A stretch of DNA of 63,785 nt, filler included, from Psammoneis japonica (Eukaryota), in assembly GCA_008632985.1 (NCBI GenBank). It is 4 parts of 4 records of this genome, joined end to end, with 100 filler letters (N's around TTAATTAATTAA, not from the genome) between each part and the next. Parts side by side here need not be neighbours in the genome. Positions count along the whole stretch, not along the records: positions 1 to 19,878 come from QPGO01000457.1; 3 more parts are not named here. One strand, given 5' to 3'. Made by a program: the position numbers and the translations under genes. A model generated the notes under the pieces. The model did not search any database and was not told where the DNA came from. It saw nothing but the letters and a program-made list of their open reading frames with translations. This document shows positions 1 through 10,230 of this stretch, in pieces; position 1 is the first letter of the stretch, and the number at the start of each line of letters is the position of its first letter.

Positions 1-1519
1 GATCATGAGAATGGTGCTGCATTCAACATTTTTGTGATTTCTTCCCATGCCATCACCCCAAAAGAATGTGAACTTGATGGTTTTGCTTGCAATCACCTTG
101 AGAAGCTCCCTGCTTGGCCACAATGGCATGGTGAATTCAAGCAATTGGACCAGTGCCCACTTCCATCTGCTGGGAATGTTTGGTGCTCCCATCCCATGCC
201 CCAAGAACACTGTCACATGGTGGCCCCACTGGCAACACACAGTGCAAAATCAGGTGGCACTCAACAGCCCCAATGCTGTTGTGAGGGTTCACCCCAAGCT
301 GCTCCTGCTCTCCACTGCCTGCAGTCTGCACACTTGTTGTGTGTCAAGCAGCCAATCCAACAGTTGCTTTTTGCACTCTCTGCATCAATGGGATATCAAG
401 TTCATTCTGGTGATGCTCAAGATGCCTGTGCACACTCTTCAAAACCATCTGCTCTGGTTTGTGTGCAGGTTGATGAGACCTTTGCTGTGTGGCACAAGTC
501 ACATTTTGGTGTTGACCTGGATCACTCCATTGTCCCACCAACTCTCAATGCCTTGCAGGGTCACCCAGAATCTGCCACATTGACCAGTGCCAAGCTCCTT
601 TTTCACAACAGAACACATGACAAGTGTGTTTGCACTTCTGCCTTTCAGAGAAAGTGCACTCTCTTGCTCCAACAACAGGTTGATGATTTCTCCATTGTTT
701 GCCTGGAGGAATCACGTGTGATGATCAAGATCTTCAATGAACTCAGTGCTGCTCCACAACTCCCCTGTGAGGACTCCACTTCTTTCAAGCATCTTGACTC
801 ATGTGTGGACTGGAGCTCTTCAATGGTGTTGACATTCATCAGCATGATGATTCCATGTCTGTTGCATGTCATGGCTGCATTGAGGATTGGGAACTGACTT
901 CATGTGGTTGGATCACCCCATCTGCTGACAAATCTGCCTCTGACTGCCAGGCCATGCTGATGCCAGTGGAATCAGTCTCCTGGTTGTGCTCTGACATTGG
1001 TCACATTGAAGGAGATCTCAAGAACATGCAGCCAGAATTGAAGGAGGCTCAAGGAGGTTTTGGACATCGAGACCTGCTTGGTGAGTTGTTGTGTGTGCAT
1101 GTCATTTGCTGCCTTGACATCGGCTGTGCTGTTGTGACCCTTTCCAAGTTTGTGGTGTCTCCTGCTCTGGTGCACTGCGTTGCATTGAAAGGGATTGCCA
1201 ACCCTCTTCACTGCATGAAGTGTTGGGATGTCAGCTGCAAGAAGCCCATCAAGGACTCAACTTTGCCTGTGCACCCCCACAAACAACTTGAGGCAGACCC
1301 AACTCTCTCTTTGTTCCCATCAGCAGATTCTCTTGCACAGCTGCTTGCTTTCTTGGATGCATTCTGCAATGACCTTCATGACCATTGCTCTGCCACTGGC
1401 TGTGGTTGCATGATGTCAGCCAGTGAGGCAGTTCCTTGCCATTGCAAGACAAAAATGGTGGCTGCGACCAGTTCCATGAAGGCTGAGTGAGTTTTGTGTC
1501 ACTCACTGGCACCACTGCT
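1..1519 (+). mobile_element. Ty1/Copia (CoDi-like) LTR retrotransposon, degenerate RT and start of RNase H
   Basis: Frameshifted ORFs 34-897 and 801-1490 carry diatom-Copia motifs: CCCEGSPQAAP, GDAQDACAHS, ALQGHPES, LLQQQVDDF, FNGVDIHQ, LLGELLCVHV..DIGCAV, and DAxxND..SATG..ATSSMKAE (RNase H). Tyr positions read Cys/His. Confidence 0.9.
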
Positions 1520-1649
1520 GGCTGTTCGCCACCAACGCTGCTGGGGGGTGCGTCCCACTGTAGTTGGGAGGTGGCAGTTGGTGGTGTCAGCGCTTTGCTG
1601 GGGTTTCTTGCCCTCTTTTGGCTCACCAGCAACAAAGACCGCCTCCGAT
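1520..1649. repeat. Ngaro split direct repeat B2 (copy of 1812-1941)
   Basis: About 130-bp direct repeat (ggctgttcgccaccaacgctgctgggggg...gcctccgat). Confidence 0.92.
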
Positions 1650-1674
1650 GAGGCGGCTGGGCGGGAGTGGAGGG

Positions 1675-1810
1675 TCAAAAAGTTTGCAACTGCTGCTGCG
1701 GCCTCGGCAGGCGGCGACGAGTTGCAAAGAATGCCGCTGGCATTCAGGTCGTTCAAGGCTGCGTGCACTGGGGGGTGGATGCATCTGTCCTTCCCCCTGC
1801 GCTGCTAAAA
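1675..1810. repeat. Ngaro split direct repeat A2 (copy of 6404-6540)
   Basis: About 136-bp direct repeat (tcaaaaagttt...ccccctgcgctgctaaaa). Confidence 0.92.
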
Positions 1811-1811
1811 C

Positions 1812-1941
1812 GGCCATTCGCCACCAACGCTGCTGGGGGGTGCGTCCCACCACAGTCAGGAGGTGGCAGTTGGTGGTGTCAGCACTTTGCTGGGGTTTCT
1901 TGCCCTCTTTTGGCTCACCAGCAACAAAGACCACCTCCGAT
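1812..1941. repeat. Ngaro split direct repeat B1
   Basis: Matches 1520-1649, mostly with TG/CA differences. Confidence 0.92.
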
Positions 1942-2019
1942 CCGCCACTCTTGGAGGGCCAACAAGTAAAAAGAGGATGGGCCAGAGGCAGAGCTGAGGG
2001 TGGGTGAGGCGTGCAGCCG

Positions 2020-3432
2020 TCAGTTGGCGGGTGCTTCGGCTTGATTGATGATGTTTTGCGCGACGGGTGGGACATCGGAGCCAGGGAGTGATGTGAAATT
2101 GCCGCAGTTCAGGATTTTCGTGGAGAGTCCTGCGATTGACGGCAACGCTTGGGTGTGAAGGTGTCGAAACATTGCGTCGGATTTCCAACGTCCAACGAGA
2201 CGAATGATGTCGGTGTCGACTTTGGCGCACAGAAGTGCCACAGCACCACCGGCGTGGAGGCTGCGTGCTGTGACGTCCTTGGGCAGGAAGCCGAGGTGTG
2301 GCAAGGCTGCGGCAGACACTTGGAGCATTTTGGTGATGGCGCGGCTTGTGACGTGACCCCAATGCGTGCCGAGGCGCACGGCACACAAGGCGGTGTGGGC
2401 GTTGGCACCGTTTGAACATAGACAATGCACACGGCGGGCAAGGGCGAGGACCGGGCATGCCTTGGAATGAGAGCTTCTAGCATGACCTGCCGTTTCGCCA
2501 CGTTCCCGATTCTTCTGAGCATCAAAGGTGATGCTGCTGTGTGCAGCGAGGAACAGCTGGTGCAGTGGGCAGGTCAAGTGGTCTAGTGCGCGTTGTCCGA
2601 CGAGCAGTTTGATGTCGCCTGGGACCAAGGGGTCATTGTCTTTACTCTTGCAATGCTCACCCGGTCGCAAAAGGCAGAACAGGCCGATCCAGGACATGTC
2701 GATGACAGCGTTGTCGAGGGCGGAAGATTCATCAACAAGGGCTTGTGCATGGTGCACTGTTTGAATTGGGAGAGGCTTAACGCGGTTCGGTGGCGGATCG
2801 TCTTTGGAGTGCGCACTGTAAAGGCGAGCAAGGCGAGGATCCATGGTGCCATGTGGCGTTAACCGCGGGTCCGGGGCCCCCAGTTCGGTGAACGTCTTCG
2901 CGACGTGAAGGACTTCGTCACGAACGTGCGGAGCTGAGATTGGGTTGCCGCTGCGGCTGAGGCGTCCATCCCCAAGGCGACAGGCAAAGACTCGGAGCAT
3001 CGGGATCTTGTCTTGGACACCGGCAAGGAGAGGGTCTTTGACTCCGATGTCGGATGGGAAAGGCAACCAACATTTGGCCCAGACGGTGTCCGTGGCACGG
3101 GCGCGCTTGTCAGTGACAGCTTCGCGGGCCTTTGCCATCGCAAGGCGGAGATCAGTGAAGAAACGATGTCTGGCGGCGGGTGCAGCATTTGCCAAGGTTT
3201 CGTCTGTGGAGCAAGGCGAGCAAGTGTGGCAAGGAGGTGAGACGGCGTGGAAAATTTCCGGGAGCACGTGTCGGCAAGGATGTTCGCTGGGCCAGGAATG
3301 CAATGGAAGCGGGAGACATGTTGGAGCTTTCGTTGTTGTAGGCTGCCGGCCCGCAGCATGTCGGCGCCAGGGCCGTTGGTTGTGACAGAGCCTTTGCCGC
3401 ACCGGGAGATGGCAGGCGTGTTGTTGCAGCAC
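2020..3432 (-). CDS. Tyrosine recombinase of the Ngaro element (open ORF, catalytically mutated; true start uncertain)
   Basis: Motifs FCLLRPGE, QKN, CPV, ARSLHAGGA, IIRLVGRWKSDAMFRHLH. The expected catalytic Tyr (MxRYxH) reads His (codon 2161-2163) and the expected Arg of SLRxG reads His. Confidence 0.88.
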   Translation of the reverse strand: MLQQHACHLPVRQRLCHNQRPWRRHAAGRQPTTTKAPTCLPLPLHSWPSEHPCRHVLPEIFHAVSPPCHTCSPCSTDETLANAAPAARHRFFTDLRLAMAKAREAVTDKRARATDTVWAKCWLPFPSDIGVKDPLLAGVQDKIPMLRVFACRLGDGRLSRSGNPISAPHVRDEVLHVAKTFTELGAPDPRLTPHGTMDPRLARLYSAHSKDDPPPNRVKPLPIQTVHHAQALVDESSALDNAVIDMSWIGLFCLLRPGEHCKSKDNDPLVPGDIKLLVGQRALDHLTCPLHQLFLAAHSSITFDAQKNRERGETAGHARSSHSKACPVLALARRVHCLCSNGANAHTALCAVRLGTHWGHVTSRAITKMLQVSAAALPHLGFLPKDVTARSLHAGGAVALLCAKVDTDIIRLVGRWKSDAMFRHLHTQALPSIAGLSTKILNCGNFTSLPGSDVPPVAQNIINQAEAPAN

Positions 3433-5177
3433 GTGTGGACGGTGCGTTCCCTGACGTCGACGGCGACGCCGATGACGGCCTCTTGCAGTGCTGTTCCGGC
3501 CAGCTCAAGATCGGAGTTTGTCATGGTGCCTGCGGGGTTGTCGTCCGAAACAACAGCGGCTTGCAGATCCAGAGGCAGTGGAACTTGCCAGGCGGCAGGA
3601 GGGAAGTTGTCGTGAGAGCCTGGCAATGACACGCCGCCAAAACCAGGCTTTGCTGCGTCGCACGCCCCGCAGTGGTGCCCGTCGGCGGCAGGGAATAGTT
3701 CGGCAAGCCGTGTAGGACGCGAAACAATGTCCACAGCCAAGGTGTGCAAATCTTGGAGCTGGCGGCGCGTGTGACAGTTGATGCGAGTGCGGGAGTTGCT
3801 TGAGGTGGCCAGAGAGTGCTGGAGGTTGGAGAGCAGGCCAGCACCACCGGACACCACCAACAACATGCTGCGCACTTCGCCAATCAGTTTGCAGCATTGT
3901 TTGTTGGACATGCGGCAGCGAGGGATGGTGTCGGCCAGAATGTCAAGGAGGCGTTGTCGTCGATGCGGCGGCAACTCGACAGCCCCAGCCAGTGTGTCTA
4001 TGAGCCACCCCAAAATGACCTTGACAGTCGACCACGACGCGTCTCCTTTTAGGAGTTTCTTTAGGGAGACGGTTTCGCGCCGCCAGTGTGCATCAGACGG
4101 TGTGTCAGGACAGAAGACTTGGTCGTTGATGTGCAAGAGGCGTCGACGTAGCTTGTTGAGACGAGCCTTCGTTCCTTGTGCGGCGCAGATTTCATCATCG
4201 ACGTAGACATTGAAGCATTCCAGTGGCTGAGAGCCCCGTTGGGGTTTGCGACGAAGAGCGGCGGGAGAAGGAAGGCGTGACACGCGGCCAGTTGGAGCTG
4301 CACTGGAGGGCGGCGGCACGTCGATGCGCAAGATGTTGTCGCAAGGCGCTGGAGTGGCCGCCGCCTGTTCTAGCGGATGAACCGGAGTGTCCCAAGCTGT
4401 GGGTGAGCAGCTGTTTGCCAAGTCGACCACAGTCTCGGTTCCCACACAAAAGAATGGCAGACTCTCGGTCCAGCCCATGGGTGGGACGAGAGGCAGCGCT
4501 GTCAGCAGTTCCTCCCCAGGGCCTGCTGGGAAAGCCACCCCGAGCTCAGGCACATCCTGAGGTCGCAGCCCGACGCGACAGAAGCCATCGGACAGGTCAA
4601 GCTTCAGCATGTACACTGGGCCGTGCTTTGGGTCGGCATGGAAGACATTGCACAGGAACCTGTCGAGAGCTCGACCGAATTGCATGGCTTCTGGAGGGGC
4701 ATGCTTGACGGTCTCGTCGTTGATGCCGTAGAAGCTGCAATCAACGACAGTGCGCGGGCGGCGGTCGCGTTGCGGCACCACGCCCATCGGTGAGACGCAC
4801 AGGTGGGGCAGCTTGCAGGCTTCGCGGTGTGGCAGGACAGTCCAGTGTCGTTTCTGGATCATGTCCGCCACATCCGATTCGAGGAAGCCCAGGCACTCGT
4901 GAGTGGACGGATGGCTCCCGCGGTCGGTCGCCATCCGGACCTGGTGAGGGGGCCAGTCTTCCATTGAAAACTGGACCGGTGCTCCGTCGTTACGGAGTTT
5001 GGAAAGCAGCTTGGCAGAACAATGGGGCAGCTGCTGAACATTCTCGGCCAGACACGGCTCCCTGCGCAGGTGTGCGACGAACTGGCTCCAGCCCAAAGTT
5101 TGTAAGAGTTTGACATGTTCCTCTGCTAACTTGCCCAGTTCGTTGCTGCGTGGGTGCTGCTGATGCGGATCTGGCAA
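2859..5177 (-). CDS. Reverse transcriptase / RNase H of the Ngaro element (772 aa, overlapping YR)
   Basis: RT motifs SPMGVVPQRDRRPR, KLDLSDGF, PMGWTES, YVDD, LGWLIDT. RNase H motifs CDAA, NSDLELAG, NTPA, IPGPANILAD. Confidence 0.92.
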   Translation of the reverse strand: MPDPHQQHPRSNELGKLAEEHVKLLQTLGWSQFVAHLRREPCLAENVQQLPHCSAKLLSKLRNDGAPVQFSMEDWPPHQVRMATDRGSHPSTHECLGFLESDVADMIQKRHWTVLPHREACKLPHLCVSPMGVVPQRDRRPRTVVDCSFYGINDETVKHAPPEAMQFGRALDRFLCNVFHADPKHGPVYMLKLDLSDGFCRVGLRPQDVPELGVAFPAGPGEELLTALPLVPPMGWTESLPFFCVGTETVVDLANSCSPTAWDTPVHPLEQAAATPAPCDNILRIDVPPPSSAAPTGRVSRLPSPAALRRKPQRGSQPLECFNVYVDDEICAAQGTKARLNKLRRRLLHINDQVFCPDTPSDAHWRRETVSLKKLLKGDASWSTVKVILGWLIDTLAGAVELPPHRRQRLLDILADTIPRCRMSNKQCCKLIGEVRSMLLVVSGGAGLLSNLQHSLATSSNSRTRINCHTRRQLQDLHTLAVDIVSRPTRLAELFPAADGHHCGACDAAKPGFGGVSLPGSHDNFPPAAWQVPLPLDLQAAVVSDDNPAGTMTNSDLELAGTALQEAVIGVAVDVRERTVHTCCNNTPAISRCGKGSVTTNGPGADMLRAGSLQQRKLQHVSRFHCIPGPANILADTCSRKFSTPSHLLATLARLAPQTKPWQMLHPPPDIVSSLISALRWQRPAKLSLTSAPVPRTPSGPNVGCLSHPTSESKTLSLPVSKTRSRCSESLPVALGMDASAAAATQSQLRTFVTKSFTSRRRSPNWGPRTRG

Positions 5178-5205
5178 GCAGGCAGAGGAGGGCTGCAGGC
5201 CAGCT

Positions 5206-6368
5206 CTAGAGCTGACCGGCCCCCTTCCTCAGGTGGAGGCCGCCGGCACCGGCGCGGGTTGCCACACGAGATGCCGCGTCGGGCTCTTGAGCGCGAGCTT
5301 CCAAGGCTCGAGCGAAACACAGGTGCCGCTCGGCCTTGGTGCTGTTGGCCCAGGCGTGGTACAGTGCGGGTGAGGCCGCATCATCCGGTGCGCTCGAGAG
5401 CAAGAGCCACACGGGCGCAGTCTGCGGGAAGGCTTCCGTCGGAGTTTTGGGGGCGGCGGCCGCGACCGCTGCTGCGGAGCGTGTTGCTTCCGTGCGTGCT
5501 GCATCGGCGCGGACCATGTTGGCGAAGGCCAGCACCCGGTCGGTGTTGTCAACGGCCATGGCATCCAAAGCGGGCAGATCATGTGACAAGGTGCGCCAGC
5601 AATGCTCCTGTAGTCGGGCGTCCACCGCGAGTGGCGGCAAAGCAGCAGCACGATCACCCAGACACTGAACCGGGTCTGGATTCGCCGCTGTGTCGGTGGT
5701 GAGTGCCGTGCGCAACCAGTCGACAAGGGGACTCAAATCCCCCGCGCGTCCGTCGTTTTGAATCGCTCCTGCCAGTTCCCGCCAGGCCTGCAGCGGAGTG
5801 AGATCCCGGTTCAACATGAGATGCAGATGGGCGTGGGGCACCTGCGCGAGTCGATGGACGTAGATCGCACCGGCATCCGGGCGCCGTCGGTCTGCGGCGG
5901 CACCAAATCATCTTCATCTGCCAAAGCACCTTCTGGGGCGGCCATGTTGGCCACCGCAGGTGCCACTTGTGGGCCCACAGTTTCGAACGGAGTGTTGGGC
6001 AACTCGAGGATGGCAATGAAGTTACCCGGTAGTACGTCTCCTTGAAAACAGAACACACGGCCGTCCCACGGCGAAGTCTCCACCGGGTCTCTGATGCAAA
6101 CCGAGGGCCGGTGGATGCAGGCAATCCGGCAACCCGTGCCTTGCCGCACCAGCGCCAAAAAGGCCTTGGGTGCCACATCGCTCGAGTCGATGATGTGCTC
6201 GAGCAGCGCAGCAGCCGGCTCGGGAGCGGCGACGGTGGTGTCGTGTCGACGAAATAAGTTCGCGCAATCCCCTCCCAAGTGATCGCCTTGGGTCATCCAC
6301 TTGTCGTGGCATGTTTTTGGGGGTGCCGGTGGCGCTCCACCGGCAGCTGCAGAAGGGATGGCAGCCAT
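5206..6368 (-). pseudogene. Ngaro ORF1 (gag-like), frameshifted near 5830
   Basis: Consecutive Ala/Pro-rich ORFs 5811-6596 and 5206-5841 upstream of RT; ATG at 6368 just inside repeat A1 boundary region. Confidence 0.7.
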
Positions 6369-6403
6369 GAAGAGACAAAGGTTGGCGCATGTCGCTCCCT
6401 TTC

Positions 6404-6540
6404 TCAAAAAGTTTACAACTGCCACTGCGGCCTCGGCAGGCGGCGACGAGTTGCAAAGAATGCCATTGGCATTCAGGTCGTTCAAGGCTGCGTGCGTTGG
6501 GGGGGTGGATGCGTCTGTCCTTCCCCCTGCGCTGCTAAAA
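6404..6540. repeat. Ngaro split direct repeat A1 (5' end of element)
   Basis: Matches 1675-1810. Confidence 0.92.
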
Positions 6541-7200
6541 AAACATGTCCTGTGCCTGCAATGATCAGTCCTCAAGAAGCTTGGTTGCCCCCTCAAGATG
6601 ATGCCACTCCTCTCTTTGTTGACAGCGAATCAGCACCATCAAGATCGCCAACAATTGTGTTCCCACCAAGCAATCTTGCCACATTGACATCCAGTGGTTT
6701 GTCATCCAAGACTGGAAAGAAGATGGGGGTGCCATTGCCAGACACATCCCAGCCATTGTCAACCCCAGCGATGATCTCACCAAGGCTGCTCTTGGTTTGA
6801 TGCCACACGCCCATCATGCTCACCAGCTCATGGGATGCTGCCACTGAGTCTTTTGTCCTGACTCTGAATGGCATCTGCTGAATTGCCCTTTTTGTGTTTT
6901 GTTCTCTTGTTTGTTGGTCATCTGGTCTACATTGCTCTGGAGACCAACTGCTGTCTTCCCTTTCATTCTGTCTGTGATCTGCACTGCCTTTTTAGACATG
7001 CCAGATCAGAGGAGGGTGTCAGTCAACCTGTTCTGCTGCACACGGTGCCAGACTGTTTGCAGATGACAGCCAGGCATCCAGACCAGACAGACAAGCAGAT
7101 CTCTCTGAGATTTGCTCGTCTCACTCTTTCTTGCTGGCACCCATGTTGTCACTGTCACTGGTTTGTGGGGAGGACCCTTGCACTTGTTGCTCTTGATTTG
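6541..7200 (+). mobile_element. Copia remainder: RNase H C-terminus, polypurine tract (7008-7016) and start of 3' LTR (TG at 7017; LTR end not resolved)
   Basis: KHVLCL.., TPLFVDSESA, HIDIQ, IQDWKEDG, HIPAIVNPSDDLTK; AGAGGAGGG immediately followed by TGTC. Confidence 0.8.
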
Positions 7201-8653
7201 CTGCTCTGATGGCTGCTGTTTTCTCACACAGTGCTTGGGGGGGGCTTGTCTTGCTTTGAGTGCTGGGGGTGTCCTGGTGCCACACCTGCTGGGCTGCACA
7301 CTCCTTTTCTTCTGCTGTGCACCATCAAAGATCATCTGTGTTGCAGCTAAGTTCCTGCCAGCTGCTGCTTTTGTGGCGCAACTCATGCTTTCTGCATTGT
7401 GTGCCACACAGGAGATGCACCCTCCAGACCCAAGAGCACTGCTGTGGACATCTCCATCATGAGTGTGTGGCAGCAACAATGCATTGAATGTTGTCAAGGT
7501 CACATTCTGCAACCCCAATCAGCAGCAAGACAGAGTGGGGGCTGAGAACAAATGGAACCAAAAAAATGGGGTTCTCTCACAAAGCACATGGTGCAGCTGC
7601 TTCTGCACTGGAAAAGTGCAGTCTTGACTTCAAAAAATTGATGAGCACAAAACACACTGTGCTGACAGCCAGACCCCATGCTGGTCCCAGGCACCTGGTG
7701 TTGCAGGGGCACTTGTCACTGGAGCCAAAGAGGGTGCCAAGGAGGCAGGAGATGCAACAAACGAGTCCAGAAACCCTTTGCCACCCTTGGCAAGGGTGAC
7801 ACCAGCATTGTTGCACTGACTGTTCACAGCAGCCTCAAAGGCTTCTGGTGCAAACTTGCCAAAGCCTGCATGAGTGCTCACGGTGGAGCCATCATCTTGA
7901 ATGGTGACAAACATCATTGAGCCTTTACAAATTTTGGGGTGTCTTGAAGAAGAAATCATGCCCCAGACCATCATGGATGTCTGAGGAGAACCATTGTTTG
8001 TGCAACATCCACTCACAACTGAAGCACTGTTGGCCTTGGTCCCTTCCATGCCAAGGAAAACACCTTCACAACCCTGGATTGCAAGCAAGGAGAGATGATT
8101 GAAAGGATTGCCATCACCATGGGTGCAGTCATGCACAGAAGATTGGTGGCAAGGAGATGGGAAGATCATTGGTGGAAATGGTGAAGAAGACAGAAGACTG
8201 TGGGGGGCAGCAGTGGTGCAGAAGATGATTGGTGGTGACAGCATGGAAGATTGGCAGTGACAGTGTGCGTGCCAGTCTTTACACTTGGAGTGTGAGCAAA
8301 TGAGGAGCGCGCCAATTGCTTGTTGATGACATGCACAAAAAACCAAAGGAAGTCCTGAGCAAGGAAAATGTTTTCCAGGTGTTTTTTGCTCCTTGGGATG
8401 AAAAGCAGTCCAGCACACTTTAGAGCCAGTTCTACAAGCGTGCCACAGAACCACATCCAGTCCTGTGTGGCGCAGTTGATGGCAACGTGCTCGATCATCA
8501 TGGTGAGCCATCCGTGATGGGTGTTTTGCCAAAGTGCAGCAATGTGATGAGCGCCAAAAACGAGCAGTCAAACGAGTCAGTCATTTTTTGTTTGATCTGT
8601 CACGCGGAATTTCGAAAACGCAGATTCTTAAAAATCCTCATTCCCCAAAACGG

Positions 8654-9185
8654 TCATTTTTAAGGATGGATCGTCGAGATGAGGTCTCTTTACGCGCGAG
8701 CTCGCATTTTTTTGGAAAAAACCCGGATTTCTCGCACTGGATGCGCGTGCTCGCCAACAAAATATTTTCAGCGACAGGTCGAACTTTGTCCCTTCGAAAG
8801 ACATCATAGAATGTGTTGGCGATGGTTGTGACCATGCGCGATCTTTAGCTTGACAACTGCAGGTGTGTCCACAGCCAGTCAAACGCCAATTGTCGGCTTT
8901 TCCTGGAAAGTTGTGGCTTGTCTCCCACAAGCAGTGCGATTTTGGCCAAAAAACAGCGGTTCATCGCATGTGACAACTGCACCGAATCCAACAATTGGCG
9001 TTTGAAGGTTGAAATGTGTAGTTCACATGCAGATCTAACAGCCCTGATGGGGGCTGGACACAGTCACATGTGTTTGGGGGTGCTCAGAGGCATCGCAAAA
9101 TGACGCGGGCGAAGTGCGGGGAAATTGCAAAACCACGAGCTAATTGAAAAAACACCTCATCTAGACGATCCATCCTTAAAAATGA
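8654..9185. repeat. 32-bp inverted repeat pair (8654-8685 / 9154-9185)
   Basis: tcatttttaaggatggatcgtcgagatgaggt vs acctcatctagacgatccatccttaaaaatga, one mismatch. Confidence 0.85.
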
Positions 9186-9714
9186 TGTCGTTAATTTTTG
9201 AGAATCTGTGGTCGTGCCAATTGTCAAAGATCATTTTGGCACGTTGGCACAAATTTAATGGTCATTTTGGGCACACCACGCAAACACCAGCTCATCACAT
9301 CAAACACAAAAGAGACAGCAACATGCTCGTTGCTGTTTTTCTCACTCCACCGTGAGCCTTTTTTGTTGTTGCTTTCTGTCTGCACTGTCAGCACAAACCA
9401 TTGTTGGTCCACCTGCCTTGTGCCATGTGTCTTGTGAGAGGCGACAGTGGCGCTTCTCCTTGGTCAAGAGGTTGTGACCTCTCTCCTCCCTCCTCTCTCC
9501 GTCGCTCCACCAGACACTCAAGATGTCACAACCATGATGACCACCCTGTGCATTGCCCTCATTGTTCACCCCGTCGTGGACATGGTGGACCACCTCGTTG
9601 CCGTGACAACCCTCCAGAACAGCCTCCCTGCCAATCACCACGTCACTCTGTTCAATCATCATGGCATCACAGCCCGTCAGCAAGCAATGAGTTTCCGTCA
9701 AGAATGTCACCCAA

Positions 9715-10230
9715 TTCATCTCCGACTGTGTCGTTGCAGCCTGCCACTCCGTCTCCATCATTGCAGCAATGCTGTCAAGCTCCAACTGTGTTGTTGCAGC
9801 CTCCTGCTCTGTTGCCGTCATTGCAGCAATGCTGTCCAGCTCCGACTGCGTCGTTGCAGCCTCTCGCTCCGTTGCTGTCATTGCAGCAATGCCATTGAGC
9901 TCTGACCACATTGTTGCAGCCTGCCGCTCTGTTTTGCCGTTGTCGCAGCAACACCACTGCGCTCCGACCGTGTCGTTGCAGCCCACCGCTCTGTCACCGT
10001 CATTGCAGCAATGCTGTCATGCTCTGACCACGTCATTGCAGCCCACCGCTCCACCTCCATTGTTGCAGCAATGCCGTCATGCTCCCACCACTTTGTTGCA
10101 ACCTGCCACTCCGTTGCTGTCTTTGCAGCAATGCCATCACATTCCCACAGCCTTGTTGCAGCCAACCACTCCATTGCCCTCATTGCAGCCACATTGTCAT
10201 GCTCTTGCTGTGCCGTTGCAGCCTGTGGCT
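9715..10230. repeat. 60-bp minisatellite, about 8-9 copies, with a ~30-bp subperiod; followed by Ser/Arg-rich low-complexity coding-like DNA to ~10900
   Basis: Successive 60-nt lines align (tccgactgyg tcgttgcagc ... ttgcagcaat gc); units differ mostly by TG/CA/CG swaps. Confidence 0.9.

Larger units (their letters stand above)
1520..6540 (-). mobile_element. Ngaro/DIRS-group tyrosine-recombinase retrotransposon, full length, inserted in the Copia RNase H
   Basis: gag, RT/RH and YR ORFs on the minus strand. Split direct repeats in the order A1-ORFs-B1-A2-B2. The Copia reading resumes at 6541. No TSD. Confidence 0.93.

Noticed and set aside
7200..8560. Cys/His-rich minus-strand ORFs, possibly a decayed gene
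   Set aside because: No recognisable motif; ORF length is inflated by loss of TAA/TAG
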